64,000 nucleotides of DNA from a virus, in the IMG/VR virus record IMGVR_UViG_3300045988_172855, one strand, 5' to 3'. The position numbers and the translations under genes were made by a program. This document shows positions 26,263 to 35,194 of the stretch, piece by piece; the stretch's first letter is position 1, and every line of letters begins with the position of its first letter. The notes beneath the pieces are model-generated. The model saw only the letters and a program-made list of their open reading frames with translations. It was not told where the DNA came from and did not search any database.

Positions 26263-26556
26263 TCAACGACCGAATCTATTGAAATCATTTAATACTGTTA
26301 AATACTCATCGTTTTCGAATGACCAACCGTTATAGAGATCATTCATAAATGATTTAATCATTCTCTTGATAACACCTTGTGCACGATTAACTTTTGTAGC
26401 TATTTTAAGATATTTGTCTACTGCATCGAAATTATAAGTTCCGTCATTTTTGACAGTTTTAAGTTCCCATGAACTTCTTTCTTCCTTCAATTCACTCAAA
26501 TTACGGATCTTACTGATTATCTCATTTCTTCTTGTTGTTAAATTTTTTGTTGCCAT
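26263..26556 (-). CDS. hypothetical protein (97 aa)
   Basis: The track start at 26634 is the TTG of the -33 promoter element. The first ATG downstream of the promoter (MATKNLTTRR) is at 26556. Confidence 0.5.
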   Translation of the reverse strand: MATKNLTTRRNEIISKIRNLSELKEERSSWELKTVKNDGTYNFDAVDKYLKIATKVNRAQGVIKRMIKSFMNDLYNGWSFENDEYLTVLNDFNRFGR

Positions 26557-26602
26557 ATCTTCTGTTGTTTTAATCATTAATACTCTTGTTCCTTTTGGAT
26601 GC

Positions 26603-26634
26603 CTAAAGATACACCTATTAATAAAACGGACCAA
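26603..26634 (-). promoter_or_regulatory. Bacteroidota-type promoter (TTG-N20-TATCTTTAG)
   Basis: The - strand reads TTGGTCCGTTTTATTAATAGGTGTATCTTTAGGCATCCAAAAGG. The leader is nearly identical to that of the 32153 copy. Confidence 0.65.
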
Positions 26635-26677
26635 CAGATACTAAAAGTTTATCTCTCATTTTAATATTTATTAAGAA

Positions 26678-26708
26678 AGCCGATCTATTCATCACGAACA
26701 AACCGGCT
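26678..26708 (-). terminator. GUGA-capped hairpin
   Basis: AGCCG/CGGCT outer stem with inner wobble-rich pairing. The loop reads GTGA on the - strand (tcac at 26692-26695). Confidence 0.4.
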
Positions 26709-26747
26709 CAAACAACAATTTAAATATTATTATAATAATAAAGGAAA

Positions 26748-27149
26748 TTACTTAGTTTGTAATGGATCCATCAATGCAACAATATCGATATCATCAAGAA
26801 GTTCGATAAGACGTTGCCAAGGTAGGATCATAGCAGGACAATCGTAAATAACTTGTCCTTTATCAACTAAAAAAGCTGCTGACGAGAGATCATCTAATCT
26901 TACATCACTAACAGGAACTGCTGATTCGTTATCAATTCTTTCTATCAATTTTTTAAGACCTATACTAGAAATATTAAGACCTGGAAATAAAACAAGAACA
27001 TCTTTAGCAGGAAACTGAAGAACATCTTCATACAAAGGTTTCAATTTCTCGGCAATAATTTTTGTATCACTAAGAAGCACTAGTTTGTTAGAGTCACAAA
27101 GAAAATCTATATATTTTGATTTTCCTCTTGTGTAAGAGAATTGTTCCAT
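26748..27149 (-). CDS. hypothetical protein
   Basis: Track ORF with an ATG start. Confidence 0.5.
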   Translation of the reverse strand: MEQFSYTRGKSKYIDFLCDSNKLVLLSDTKIIAEKLKPLYEDVLQFPAKDVLVLFPGLNISSIGLKKLIERIDNESAVPVSDVRLDDLSSAAFLVDKGQVIYDCPAMILPWQRLIELLDDIDIVALMDPLQTK

Positions 27150-27343
27150 ACTTCGCTGTTTAAAATTTCACTTAACTCATTGCTGTCGTAAAGATAGGAA
27201 GAAATCTCTTCATCTCCCAATACGGGTGCGACAAAATCCTCGTGTAACAGGATCATTGTTCCGTCAACACTTCTTCTTGCGTGGATGGGCGGAACAATTC
27301 CATGTTCCATACACCATTCTATTGTTACTATAACGTATCTCAT
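27107..27343 (-). CDS. hypothetical protein
   Basis: Track ORF with an ATG start. Its 43-nt overlap with the downstream ORF leaves the 3' end or the neighbour's start uncertain. Confidence 0.45.
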   Translation of the reverse strand: MRYVIVTIEWCMEHGIVPPIHARRSVDGTMILLHEDFVAPVLGDEEISSYLYDSNELSEILNSEVWNNSLTQEENQNI

Positions 27344-28770
27344 TTTGTTATCAAATTTTCAAGTACATAATTAATCAAATCCTGTTCGGTGAATCCGTCA
27401 TTCTGTTTGGTGGGAACGGAATCGAAACCGATGGAACCGTAGAAAGCCATATTCATATAAGATGAACCATAGCTACTAAAAAACATTATGCTGTTATTAC
27501 CACCATCAGTAGGATTAACGATTGTTACTATTTGCTTTTTATTTAGCAAATTATTTGGAACCTCAGCTTCATTTAATATACCATCCAAATAAGTTACACC
27601 ACCTGTATTTCTAAAATTGTAGGCTGTAATGTTAGGTTGTATGTATATAGAAAAGCTGTCTTGAGCATACCAAGTCTTATATAACCTCAATGGATTTGCT
27701 GTCATAAACAACACCTTAACGCCCTGTTGCAAGTTCTGCACCTGCCCGTAATCATCCACTCCATCAGTTACTAGGGCGTTGGGGTAGGATAGGATTTGCT
27801 CAATTGTGATATTACAGGTATGAGGATAGGAGTTTACTAAAATAGCCCATCCCATATTAAAATTACCTTCTATGGTATTATTTGACGGTAATTCATATTC
27901 ACCATCTTCCTTTATATCAAAACTTACTAGTGTTCCGCTTGCGTTTATATATTTATAAGCTACCGTTTCATCAACTATACCATCTATTCTAACTTTGAAT
28001 TTTTTAGCATACGAAGGCACTTTAGTTTCCATGATATTATAAGAACCTAACGCAGAAGTAACAGTCAGTTTATGCGGTTCTATGGCTCCATTAAATCTAC
28101 TTCCTAAAAACCTAGCCCATATACTTTGGTCAGTCCAATTTAATTCATACCCTCCCACACCGCTCATTGCGGCAAATAGGAAGTTATTCAATTTAAGCGG
28201 TCTGTTGTTCCCACTGAAATCCTGCAAATAAGGATTAGCTTTTAGTATTTCGTTTGTGGGAACGGATTGTTTTGTAGGTATTTCTTCTACCACAATATTA
28301 CAATCCACATCATTCACATTATCACCTGCCAAATAAAATCCGGGATATGACGTATTTGTTGTACTACTGTTAGTATATGAATTTACATCATACTCCCCAT
28401 CAGAAGTTATCTGAATACTATCATACCCTAATCGTCCTTTCATAGTAAATCCCTCGGGCAATCCTGTCACCCGTATTTTATAGGATTCAACAGTCTGTAA
28501 CGGTTTTACAATTATTTGCCAAAATGCAATATTATTGTTATTTGTAGGTGTATGGGTTATTATACACTTATTTATAGTCTTATCATAAGTTATTTTTCCA
28601 CCACCATTAACAAAAGGATTTGCATAGGTAACGCCAGGAATATATGTATCCACAGGCTTTGACATATCATACCAAAACACCATGTGTTCTTTCACCCATT
28701 TCGCATAATCAGGCGGAAGCGGTCCACCGCTTCCTGCCCTTCGTCTGAAAATAGTTCCGATTCCAATCAT
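27340..28770 (-). CDS. LamG/concanavalin-like jelly-roll protein (possible receptor-binding or glycan-binding)
   Basis: 476 aa and beta-rich. LQDFSGNNRPLKLNN resembles the D.SGNGN..L motif of LamG-fold proteins. The C-terminal half is about 42-48% G+C in counted 100-nt samples, against about 27-30% nearby. Confidence 0.4.
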   Translation of the reverse strand: MIGIGTIFRRRAGSGGPLPPDYAKWVKEHMVFWYDMSKPVDTYIPGVTYANPFVNGGGKITYDKTINKCIITHTPTNNNNIAFWQIIVKPLQTVESYKIRVTGLPEGFTMKGRLGYDSIQITSDGEYDVNSYTNSSTTNTSYPGFYLAGDNVNDVDCNIVVEEIPTKQSVPTNEILKANPYLQDFSGNNRPLKLNNFLFAAMSGVGGYELNWTDQSIWARFLGSRFNGAIEPHKLTVTSALGSYNIMETKVPSYAKKFKVRIDGIVDETVAYKYINASGTLVSFDIKEDGEYELPSNNTIEGNFNMGWAILVNSYPHTCNITIEQILSYPNALVTDGVDDYGQVQNLQQGVKVLFMTANPLRLYKTWYAQDSFSIYIQPNITAYNFRNTGGVTYLDGILNEAEVPNNLLNKKQIVTIVNPTDGGNNSIMFFSSYGSSYMNMAFYGSIGFDSVPTKQNDGFTEQDLINYVLENLITK

Positions 28771-28773
28771 AGA

Positions 28774-29094
28774 TCAATAACCAATATTAAATTGTGCTGT
28801 AGTACCGTCTTTAAACACTTTATCAACCAAATAAGGTAGAGGATAACCGAGAGAAGCATTAACTTCAACTTCAGAAATAACATAATCTTCGAGTGAAGAT
28901 GCTTGTACGAAGTGAACTTTGATAACGCCACTAGTAAGAGGAATTATTAAAAACGGTTCATTTTCATTATCACTCGAAGTGAACTTTGATAACGCCACGT
29001 CTTCTTGTGGTGTACCTATTGTTATTGCTCTTGATATGCTGACAATTGAAACGTCTCCTTGTCTATTAGCTATACATTGTCTTGTTGGATACAT
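28774..29094 (-). CDS. hypothetical beta-rich protein
   Basis: Track ORF immediately upstream of the LamG-like gene. Confidence 0.5.
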   Translation of the reverse strand: MYPTRQCIANRQGDVSIVSISRAITIGTPQEDVALSKFTSSDNENEPFLIIPLTSGVIKVHFVQASSLEDYVISEVEVNASLGYPLPYLVDKVFKDGTTAQFNIGY

Positions 29095-29128
29095 AATATT
29101 TCTTATTTAGAGTTCTCGAATTTTTGTT

Positions 29129-29160
29129 GTAAAGATACTAATTAAATTTAAGAACCGTAT
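29129..29160 (-). promoter_or_regulatory. -7 box TATCTTTAC without a clear -33 TTG
   Basis: The - strand reads TATCTTTACAACAAAAATTCG, 35 nt upstream of ATG 29094. The -33 position lacks TTG. Confidence 0.3.
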
Positions 29161-29456
29161 ATTTCATTTAGTTCATTATTTTCTTTTTTAATGACTTCTC
29201 TCAACTTTTCAGCACCTTCATAATCCTCAGCTTTAATACATTCTGCATATATTGCTTTAAGCATTTCGATGTGTCTTATACGCAATCTCATGTCCATACT
29301 AGATTGTATATCTGTTTGAGTTCCAATTTCATCATATAGATCTGCAATAGTCTTTAAAACATCTTGAATGCTTCCATGGATTTTAAAGATAATTAAACAC
29401 GCAACTATTACGCTTACCAATATCATGCCGATCAATAGAGTTATCAGGTTAATCAT
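29148..29456 (-). CDS. single-pass membrane protein with coiled-coil/UVR-like tail
   Basis: N-terminal TM segment LITLLIGMILVSVIVACLIIF. The C-terminal KAEDYEGAEKLREVIKK is UVR-motif-like. Confidence 0.5.
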   Translation of the reverse strand: MINLITLLIGMILVSVIVACLIIFKIHGSIQDVLKTIADLYDEIGTQTDIQSSMDMRLRIRHIEMLKAIYAECIKAEDYEGAEKLREVIKKENNELNEIYGS

Positions 29457-29647
29457 AATCTAATCATTTTTAATGTTGTTTTTAAACTTTGATAGTCATT
29501 TTCTGTAAGTGACCATATACGAACAATATCGCAGTCAACAACGCACATGAGATTCTTCGCAACACACCATTTTTCTATAGACTCAATCTCTTCTTTAGAT
29601 AGATGATATAATTCTACATCCATCGATATTTGTATTTCTTTCTTCAT
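29453..29647 (-). CDS. hypothetical protein
   Basis: The track start at 29683 is TTG. The first ATG (MKKEIQISMD) is at 29647. Confidence 0.45.
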   Translation of the reverse strand: MKKEIQISMDVELYHLSKEEIESIEKWCVAKNLMCVVDCDIVRIWSLTENDYQSLKTTLKMIRL

Positions 29648-29736
29648 AACTATTTTCTTTAATAGGATTACTGTTTGAACCAAAAATCATTGAAATGATT
29701 ATAAACGCAATTATAACAATAACGATCAATTTAAAT

Positions 29737-29961
29737 CTAAACCAAAGATGTTTCATAATATAAACTATTTCTCAAAATTTGACCTATAAAAATGATAGCA
29801 ATTAATGATATAATTAGAATGAGACTGATCAAAAGATTTTCATTTAAACTAAATTCTGAAAAATCTTTTACAAACTTTGCAAGTGCAATTATCCATAATC
29901 CATAGCAAAGCACAGAAATAAGTACAGCAATAAATGCTTTAGCATATACTATTGATTCCAT
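29737..29961 (-). CDS. small membrane protein (2 predicted TM)
   Basis: Track ORF, hydrophobic throughout. Confidence 0.5.
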   Translation of the reverse strand: MESIVYAKAFIAVLISVLCYGLWIIALAKFVKDFSEFSLNENLLISLILIISLIAIIFIGQILRNSLYYETSLV

Positions 29962-30443
29962 TAGTTCTTATATCTATTCTCTTTTACAAATTGTTTTAAA
30001 CCTTCAATTAACTCATCCCGCTCTTTAACATACACGGAAAGTGTTTCTTGTACATCTTCAATTGCTTCAGATTCAAATAGACAAGCAATCATACTAGAAA
30101 GATGAATAAGTCTACTACAAAACTCTTTATAACGATTCAAAATACCTGCTCTACGAGCCATTCGTGATATAGGTGGAAGAATGATCCCTTGATCTCTGAA
30201 GTATTGAGGATTGTCACGTTCAATGTTTTTCAATCTTCGAGCTTGTTCTATATACTCGTGTTTGAGTTTTCTCTGCATAGCAGCACGTTCCTCTTTGTGT
30301 TCTTTATTGTAAAGAGCTCTACATGATTTACATCGCGATACCAAATAAGGTCTATTTTCACTATTATTTCTTCGATAAAACTCAGTGCGCGGCAGAAATC
30401 TACCGCAACCACTGCAGTACTTTGGTTTATCATCTTTTATCAT
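29961..30443 (-). CDS. Zn-ribbon protein, paralog of the N-terminus of 1..619
   Basis: KYCSGCGRFLPRTEF....LVSRCKSCRALYNKEHKEE, compared with KICSKCKRELPIDHF....LNTRCKDCVAEYRK. Confidence 0.5.
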   Translation of the reverse strand: MIKDDKPKYCSGCGRFLPRTEFYRRNNSENRPYLVSRCKSCRALYNKEHKEERAAMQRKLKHEYIEQARRLKNIERDNPQYFRDQGIILPPISRMARRAGILNRYKEFCSRLIHLSSMIACLFESEAIEDVQETLSVYVKERDELIEGLKQFVKENRYKN

Positions 30444-31326
30444 ATTCTGTACCTTTAATATATTTTAAATAAACTCTACGAACATTTGTATAAGTGCAAT
30501 TAAGCAATGACTTAATTTTATAGTGAGTCCAAGTCGGATGCTCGATCATCATATTGTAAATTGCAAGTGACTGAGGTCCATTAGGAATATCGCTTTCAGT
30601 GCGTTTTTTACGTTCAACAGATTTCTTAGGATAGAGAATGATTGAATGTAAAGCATTGTCAAAGCAATAGAAATTAGTCTTAAACTTTTTGCTATCCTTA
30701 TATTCTTGAACAGCGGCTTTATAACTCTCTTTAGAGAAATTGATCGAAATCTTTGTAGAGTCTTCTTTAGTCTCGATAACAATTGTACCGTTATGCTTTT
30801 CTACGAATTCGTAGAAAGAAGGTTCTTCTGTAATCATAGGATTGATCTCAATTGATTTAGCAGACTCTTCGACCTCAACGACCGGTTCTTCGGCTTTAGG
30901 TTGTGTTTTACCTTTCTTTGACTTTATCCACAATACATGAGAATTTTTATTTTCAATTCTAAAGCAGTCTCCGTATCTTTCTTTCAACTCGCGAAGATTG
31001 CTTTCCATTTCTTCTTCTTCGACCTTTCTGAAATCGTTTCCGTCTTTTGCCCAATGCTGTTTTGATAGTCTTATACTTTCTTCTCCTGTCTCTCGGTCAG
31101 TAAAGATTGTAGGATCATAAAGCCAATTTTTCTCACCTATAAAATCGCTATTCTTCAATTCGTTTAGGATCCCTTGAATATCTTTTGCAGATACAGATTC
31201 TTTGATTAAGATTTCTTTGATCAAATTTTCCTTAACATACGTCTTAACGTTTTTGATACCAAGTTCTTTAGCATAAGATCTAAGATCAACTACTTTCATG
31301 TTCTGCAATTCTTCTGATGTTTTCAT
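30430..31326 (-). CDS. protein with N-terminal Rho_N/SAP-like motif and C-terminal HTH-like segment
   Basis: MKVVDLRSYAKELGIKNVKTYVKENLIKEIL fits the Rho_N/SAP pattern. Confidence 0.4.
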   Translation of the reverse strand: MKTSEELQNMKVVDLRSYAKELGIKNVKTYVKENLIKEILIKESVSAKDIQGILNELKNSDFIGEKNWLYDPTIFTDRETGEESIRLSKQHWAKDGNDFRKVEEEEMESNLRELKERYGDCFRIENKNSHVLWIKSKKGKTQPKAEEPVVEVEESAKSIEINPMITEEPSFYEFVEKHNGTIVIETKEDSTKISINFSKESYKAAVQEYKDSKKFKTNFYCFDNALHSIILYPKKSVERKKRTESDIPNGPQSLAIYNMMIEHPTWTHYKIKSLLNCTYTNVRRVYLKYIKGTEYDKR

Positions 31327-31367
31327 ATCGCTTTAAATTTAAATTGTTGTTGAATTATTTTAACGCT

Positions 31368-31399
31368 GTAAAGATACTACTTTGTTATGTCACAGGCAA
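31368..31399 (-). promoter_or_regulatory. Bacteroidota-type promoter (TTG-N20-TATCTTTAC)
   Basis: The - strand reads TTGCCTGTGACATAACAAAGTAGTATCTTTACAGC. Confidence 0.65.
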
Positions 31400-31423
31400 C
31401 ACTTTTGCGAAATTTATTTTTGA

Positions 31424-31660
31424 TTAAAATTCAACTATTATTGATCTTTTCGAGTCACCTGATTTCTTCACCCATAAATGATGAGATCCATAACCAAACA
31501 CATAACTTCTAGAATTTCTAATTCTTTTAAAGAGTGCGTTTATATTCTCTCTTAATGATTCTTCATCATAAGAACGTGTGATAGTTTCAAGTAAAATGAT
31601 GAAAAAGAATTGTTCTTCTATCGTTTCAAACACTGGCGTATATTCTATAATTGCTTTCAT
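31424..31660 (-). CDS. hypothetical protein
   Basis: Track ORF with an ATG start. Confidence 0.5.
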   Translation of the reverse strand: MKAIIEYTPVFETIEEQFFFIILLETITRSYDEESLRENINALFKRIRNSRSYVFGYGSHHLWVKKSGDSKRSIIVEF

Positions 31661-31675
31661 ATTCTTCTATATTGC

Positions 31676-31693
31676 GCAGGGCTTTCGCCCTGC
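31676..31693 (-). other. GC-rich hairpin with GAAA tetraloop
   Basis: The - strand reads GCAGGGC-GAAA-GCCCTGC (7 bp, all but one G:C) in an AT-rich intergenic gap. No U-tract follows. Confidence 0.6.
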
Positions 31694-31702
31694 CGATTTA
31701 TG

Positions 31703-31912
31703 TTAATGCGTTTTATCCTCATGTAATAACTCGCAGTAAACTGGTGTTGTGGCATCTGTGTGCTTATTGGCTATAAGAACCTCATTACTATCCCAGTTAA
31801 TATATACCTGTGTAGCAAATGCACCGAAAAACTGAATTTCTTTCGTGCCAAACAATACCACCGCGTCATCATTTACATTTGCAAGTGCTGCAATTAATTC
31901 TTTCTTGGTCAT
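31703..31912 (-). CDS. hypothetical protein
   Basis: Track ORF with an ATG start. Confidence 0.5.
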   Translation of the reverse strand: MTKKELIAALANVNDDAVVLFGTKEIQFFGAFATQVYINWDSNEVLIANKHTDATTPVYCELLHEDKTH

Positions 31913-31934
31913 ATCTTATATGTTTTAATTGTTA

Positions 31935-32105
31935 TTACTTATTTACTTTTCTACAAACATCTTCAACTTTAACGTGCAATACTTTCCAAGTACCTATTGC
32001 CAAATCAAGTGTTCCATTAGGATTGATTTTCTCAATCGTAAACTTTTTCATTGGATAAAAATTGTAGGTTACCATACGTCCTAATTTTGCGTTAAACTTT
32101 TTCAT
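31935..32105 (-). CDS. small hypothetical protein (56 aa)
   Basis: Own translation: MKKFNAKLGRMVTYNFYPMKKFTIEKINPNGTLDLAIGTWKVLHVKVEDVCRKVNK. It starts at the first ATG after promoter 32153-32184. The antisense track ORF 31819..32058 was rejected. Confidence 0.45.
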   Translation of the reverse strand: MKKFNAKLGRMVTYNFYPMKKFTIEKINPNGTLDLAIGTWKVLHVKVEDVCRKVNK

Positions 32106-32152
32106 TGTCTTTATTTTTAATCGTTAATACTCTTGTTGTTCCTTTTGGATGC

Positions 32153-32184
32153 CTAAAGATACACCTTTGTGACATGTGTAGCAA
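32153..32184 (-). promoter_or_regulatory. Bacteroidota-type promoter (TTG-N20-TATCTTTAG)
   Basis: The - strand reads TTGCTACACATGTCACAAAGGTGTATCTTTAGGCATCCAAAAGGAAC. Confidence 0.65.
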
Positions 32185-32277
32185 CACATTCATCAACTTT
32201 ATGGTCTAAATTAAGATCTATTAATATTTGACCACGAGTTTAAACACATTTTAATCATTGAGATATAGGAATGTAAA

Positions 32278-32323
32278 GAGATCGTAGCGAAACTTGAATT
32301 AAACAAGAATCAACTACGATCTC
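32278..32323 (-). terminator. 10-bp hairpin after lysis-cassette genes
   Basis: GAGATCGTAG (32278-32287) / CTACGATCTC (32314-32323) with a 26-nt loop. The large loop and weak U-tract lower confidence. Confidence 0.35.
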
Positions 32324-32353
32324 AACCTGAAAACAAATGATAGATAAAGAAGC

Positions 32354-32968
32354 CTAACTATTGAGTTCCAATGTAAATTCTGCTTTTATTTCATCAATGC
32401 CTGTTTTAATGTTTGCATACGCACGAGCATTGTTCTCACCTGTAGGTGAATAAATTTCATTTTCAATGATTTCAACAAACTTTTTAACCCACTCTATTTT
32501 CATGTAGTCGCTTAATCTTCGTCCTCTCAACATAAAATTACTATATTCAATACTACGATTCTTAAAGATCGCTCCTACACGTGTTTCAATCTTCTTACGA
32601 GTAGCTTCTCGGTCATCGATATTGTTTTCGGCACGCACAGTTTTAACAAGCCGACACAATTTTTCGCAATCGAGATCAAAAAAGTTGCTACATATTGAAC
32701 TGATCTGCATTTGTGAAATCGGTCTTAGTCCTTCGTTAATGTCAGCTAAGACGCTGTTTTGTTGTTTAGTCTCATTAAGTAGAGTCTGCATTGTTTCTTC
32801 TTGTCGAGTAACAATACCTTCAATCAAATGTCTAAACCATTTGAAAACAAAAAACCACATCATTCCCGTTATTACGAGAAATAGAGCACATATCATAATT
32901 GTGATGCCATAATTACTGACACCTTCTGCAGTTTCAAGTACTGCCTTTGTTCCAGTAGGTAAATCCAT
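32354..32968 (-). CDS. membrane protein downstream of endolysin (holin/spanin candidate)
   Basis: N-terminal hydrophobic segment GITIMICALFLVITGMMWFFVF, located directly after the M15 peptidase gene. Confidence 0.4.
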   Translation of the reverse strand: MDLPTGTKAVLETAEGVSNYGITIMICALFLVITGMMWFFVFKWFRHLIEGIVTRQEETMQTLLNETKQQNSVLADINEGLRPISQMQISSICSNFFDLDCEKLCRLVKTVRAENNIDDREATRKKIETRVGAIFKNRSIEYSNFMLRGRRLSDYMKIEWVKKFVEIIENEIYSPTGENNARAYANIKTGIDEIKAEFTLELNS

Positions 32969-32991
32969 GTTATACTATATTTTATGTTAGA

Positions 32992-33465
32992 TCATGCTTT
33001 AAAATAAGTTATTTTATCCCAAGTTCCCATATCATAAACGTCAAAGTGTAACCAAGTAACATCTTTCTCAAGACGAATAGGATATGGAAGTTTATGTTTA
33101 TTGAGATCAATCAACTTTCGTGCTTCTTCAGCACTCATACCGACAACAGTAATATCGAACGCATTTCCTGTACAATGAGCACTCATATAGACTTTTTCGA
33201 GTCTTGTCTTTTCTTTAGGGATTTGACAGAGATTACAACGCAGTCCTCTTTGAGTATAATTCCCTGATGGCGATTTCCAGTTATTAATTATAAACGGTTT
33301 CTTAATAATATCACGTCTCAAAACGAGTAAGGTCTCCAATGCTTGTGTAGAGAAGAATGACCATATCTGTGTTTCGTTATATTTATTCATAACGTGTTTA
33401 CAGACAAGTTCTTCGAGTTTGAAAAACTTTTTAATCTCACTTATAAGTTCAACTCTATTCATCAT
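32992..33465 (-). CDS. peptidase M15 family endolysin (VanY/L-Ala-D-Glu peptidase-like)
   Basis: SAHCTGNAFD fits the SxHxxGxAxD zinc-site motif. The C-terminal WLHFDV supplies the second His. Confidence 0.7.
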   Translation of the reverse strand: MMNRVELISEIKKFFKLEELVCKHVMNKYNETQIWSFFSTQALETLLVLRRDIIKKPFIINNWKSPSGNYTQRGLRCNLCQIPKEKTRLEKVYMSAHCTGNAFDITVVGMSAEEARKLIDLNKHKLPYPIRLEKDVTWLHFDVYDMGTWDKITYFKA

Positions 33466-33488
33466 AATTGTTTTGGTTTAATAAAGAA

Positions 33489-33520
33489 GAGTTCGCTAAC
33501 ATTTTACTGCCAACGAACTC
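33489..33520 (-). terminator. hairpin upstream of endolysin gene
   Basis: GAGTTCG/CGAACTC 7-bp stem with an 18-nt loop, followed on the - strand by TTCTTTATT. Confidence 0.35.
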
Positions 33521-33603
33521 TCTTCAACTTTTACTAATAATTTATATAACTTCTACTCTGTAAAAGTACTCAATTCAATTTAGTTATGAATAGAAAAAGG
33601 TTC

Positions 33604-34074
33604 TCATCCTTCTTTAATCTCTTCTACTTTTGGTTCAAATGACGTTTTCTTCCATTGATCAATAAAGTGTTCGATCAATCTCCTGCCTTCAATTGCGACT
33701 TTTTCGAGTCGTTCATCCGGTTCCATAAACTCTTCTGCCATTACAGATGCGATACGTTTGACCTTACCAACATATTCGATAAGGTCATCTTTCTTATCCA
33801 ACTCGTCTACAGACTTCTTTGTAATGATATTGAAAGCAATCGCTTCGACAACATTTTTATACTTATTGACACTAGAAACAGCTTTTTGTGCCTGTTGAAC
33901 GTAATCGTTGACAGATTGTGCATTTTGAAAATCTTCTTCAGACCAACCTTCAAGTTTACGTGCTGCCTGATAAATTGTTCTCAACTCCTGCATATTCAAT
34001 GCAATACCTGCCTGTGCGACTTCTAAGCAAAATAATGAAAAACGTACATCGTTTGTTGTTTGATTGTTGTTCAT
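33604..34074 (-). CDS. hypothetical protein
   Basis: The track start at 34086 is TTG. The first ATG (MNNNQTTND) is at 34074. Confidence 0.5.
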   Translation of the reverse strand: MNNNQTTNDVRFSLFCLEVAQAGIALNMQELRTIYQAARKLEGWSEEDFQNAQSVNDYVQQAQKAVSSVNKYKNVVEAIAFNIITKKSVDELDKKDDLIEYVGKVKRIASVMAEEFMEPDERLEKVAIEGRRLIEHFIDQWKKTSFEPKVEEIKEG

Positions 34075-34078
34075 AATT

Positions 34079-34333
34079 TTATCCAATAAATTCTTTATAA
34101 TCTACGTCATTAATATCTTTGATTTTCCAACACTTATTTTGATTCTCGTCTAACGAGACAACAAATCGACATTTTAGAACAAGAGATTCGACTAAAATCT
34201 CTTCATCTACTTTACCCTCCCATGATCGTGAAGGTGTACAGACTGTGTAATATGTTCCAATGTCAAAAAGTGCTACTTTAGGACACTTAGTCTGTAGCAC
34301 TTTTTCTAATTCACTCAAAACTTCTGTCGTCAT
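34079..34333 (-). CDS. hypothetical protein
   Basis: Track ORF with an ATG start. Confidence 0.5.
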   Translation of the reverse strand: MTTEVLSELEKVLQTKCPKVALFDIGTYYTVCTPSRSWEGKVDEEILVESLVLKCRFVVSLDENQNKCWKIKDINDVDYKEFIG

Positions 34334-35064
34334 TCGTTTTTAGAGTTCAAATCAACGAATTCAGTGACCTCACCTTGTTTGTTGACAATAAGAAGTTTGT
34401 TACGATCCTTACTCAAGAAAACATAACGGTCTTCGTCAACAAGAACAGCAAAATCGAACTCTTCACCTTTATATCGATACTTGACCTCAGTCGTCATCTT
34501 AGCATCATCAGTAGAAATCTTTTTTTTGTCCCATTTTGATTTATAGACAATTGATTTAAGTTCTTCATCTGATAAATATACAGTGAAAAGAATTTTCGGA
34601 TAACTTTCGGGCACGATTGAAGTACTTCCGTCTTCTTCAATTGAAAGTCCAAAATTAATAGGTGAATTTTCGAGATGTGAAATGGTTTCTTTAATAAGTT
34701 CTTCATCATCTCCTAATTCAAACAATACTCCGTCTTTTAATGCTTCAACGAGTTCTTTAAGGTCATTTGGTTTCGCCCAACTTTCAACTAACATTTCGAA
34801 GTCACAATATTCCATAGACTCGACCTGATGTAGAGACGATTCACTTTCAACGTTAATTTTGATTGCCTTTTGACCGTTCTTAGTACGAAATGCTGTTAGA
34901 TGAAATGCGAAACCACATTCTTCTAGAATCGCAATTGTTTTATAAACAGCATCATCAACAGCATCTTCATCGTTCTTTTCAATAAATTGATTGAAATCAA
35001 TCGTAAGCTCTTTGTTTGAAAGAAGTTTTTTTAATTCTCTTCTAATTTTCTCCTTTGTTTTCAT
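34330..35064 (-). CDS. hypothetical acidic protein
   Basis: Track ORF with an ATG start, preceded by a ~125-nt structured leader. Confidence 0.5.
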   Translation of the reverse strand: MKTKEKIRRELKKLLSNKELTIDFNQFIEKNDEDAVDDAVYKTIAILEECGFAFHLTAFRTKNGQKAIKINVESESSLHQVESMEYCDFEMLVESWAKPNDLKELVEALKDGVLFELGDDEELIKETISHLENSPINFGLSIEEDGSTSIVPESYPKILFTVYLSDEELKSIVYKSKWDKKKISTDDAKMTTEVKYRYKGEEFDFAVLVDEDRYVFLSKDRNKLLIVNKQGEVTEFVDLNSKNE

Positions 35065-35194
35065 TGTTTTTAACTGTTTAATTTAATATTCGATAGAGGA
35101 AAGAAGAACGATTCGTCTGTGTGATATAATTAAAAGTATAACATGGATTAATAATAAATTGTTTATCAAACTCTTTCGTTCTCCTTTCAATGCT

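Noticed and set aside
27340-28770. LamG-like gene as a diversity-generating retroelement target
   Set aside because: There is no reverse transcriptase gene in the window, and I found no template-repeat copy of the GC-rich 3' region.
29595-29756. 53-aa single-TM ORF (MKHLWFRFKLIVIVIIAFIIISMIF...)
   Set aside because: It is plausible as a membrane peptide, but it overlaps 29737..29961 by 20 nt and 29453..29647 by 53 nt. It is left out of the feature list and mentioned only in a finding.
33560-33568. -7-like box TACTTTTAC upstream of the endolysin gene
   Set aside because: There is no TTG at the -33 position, and a hairpin (33489-33520) lies between it and the gene. Not called as a promoter.
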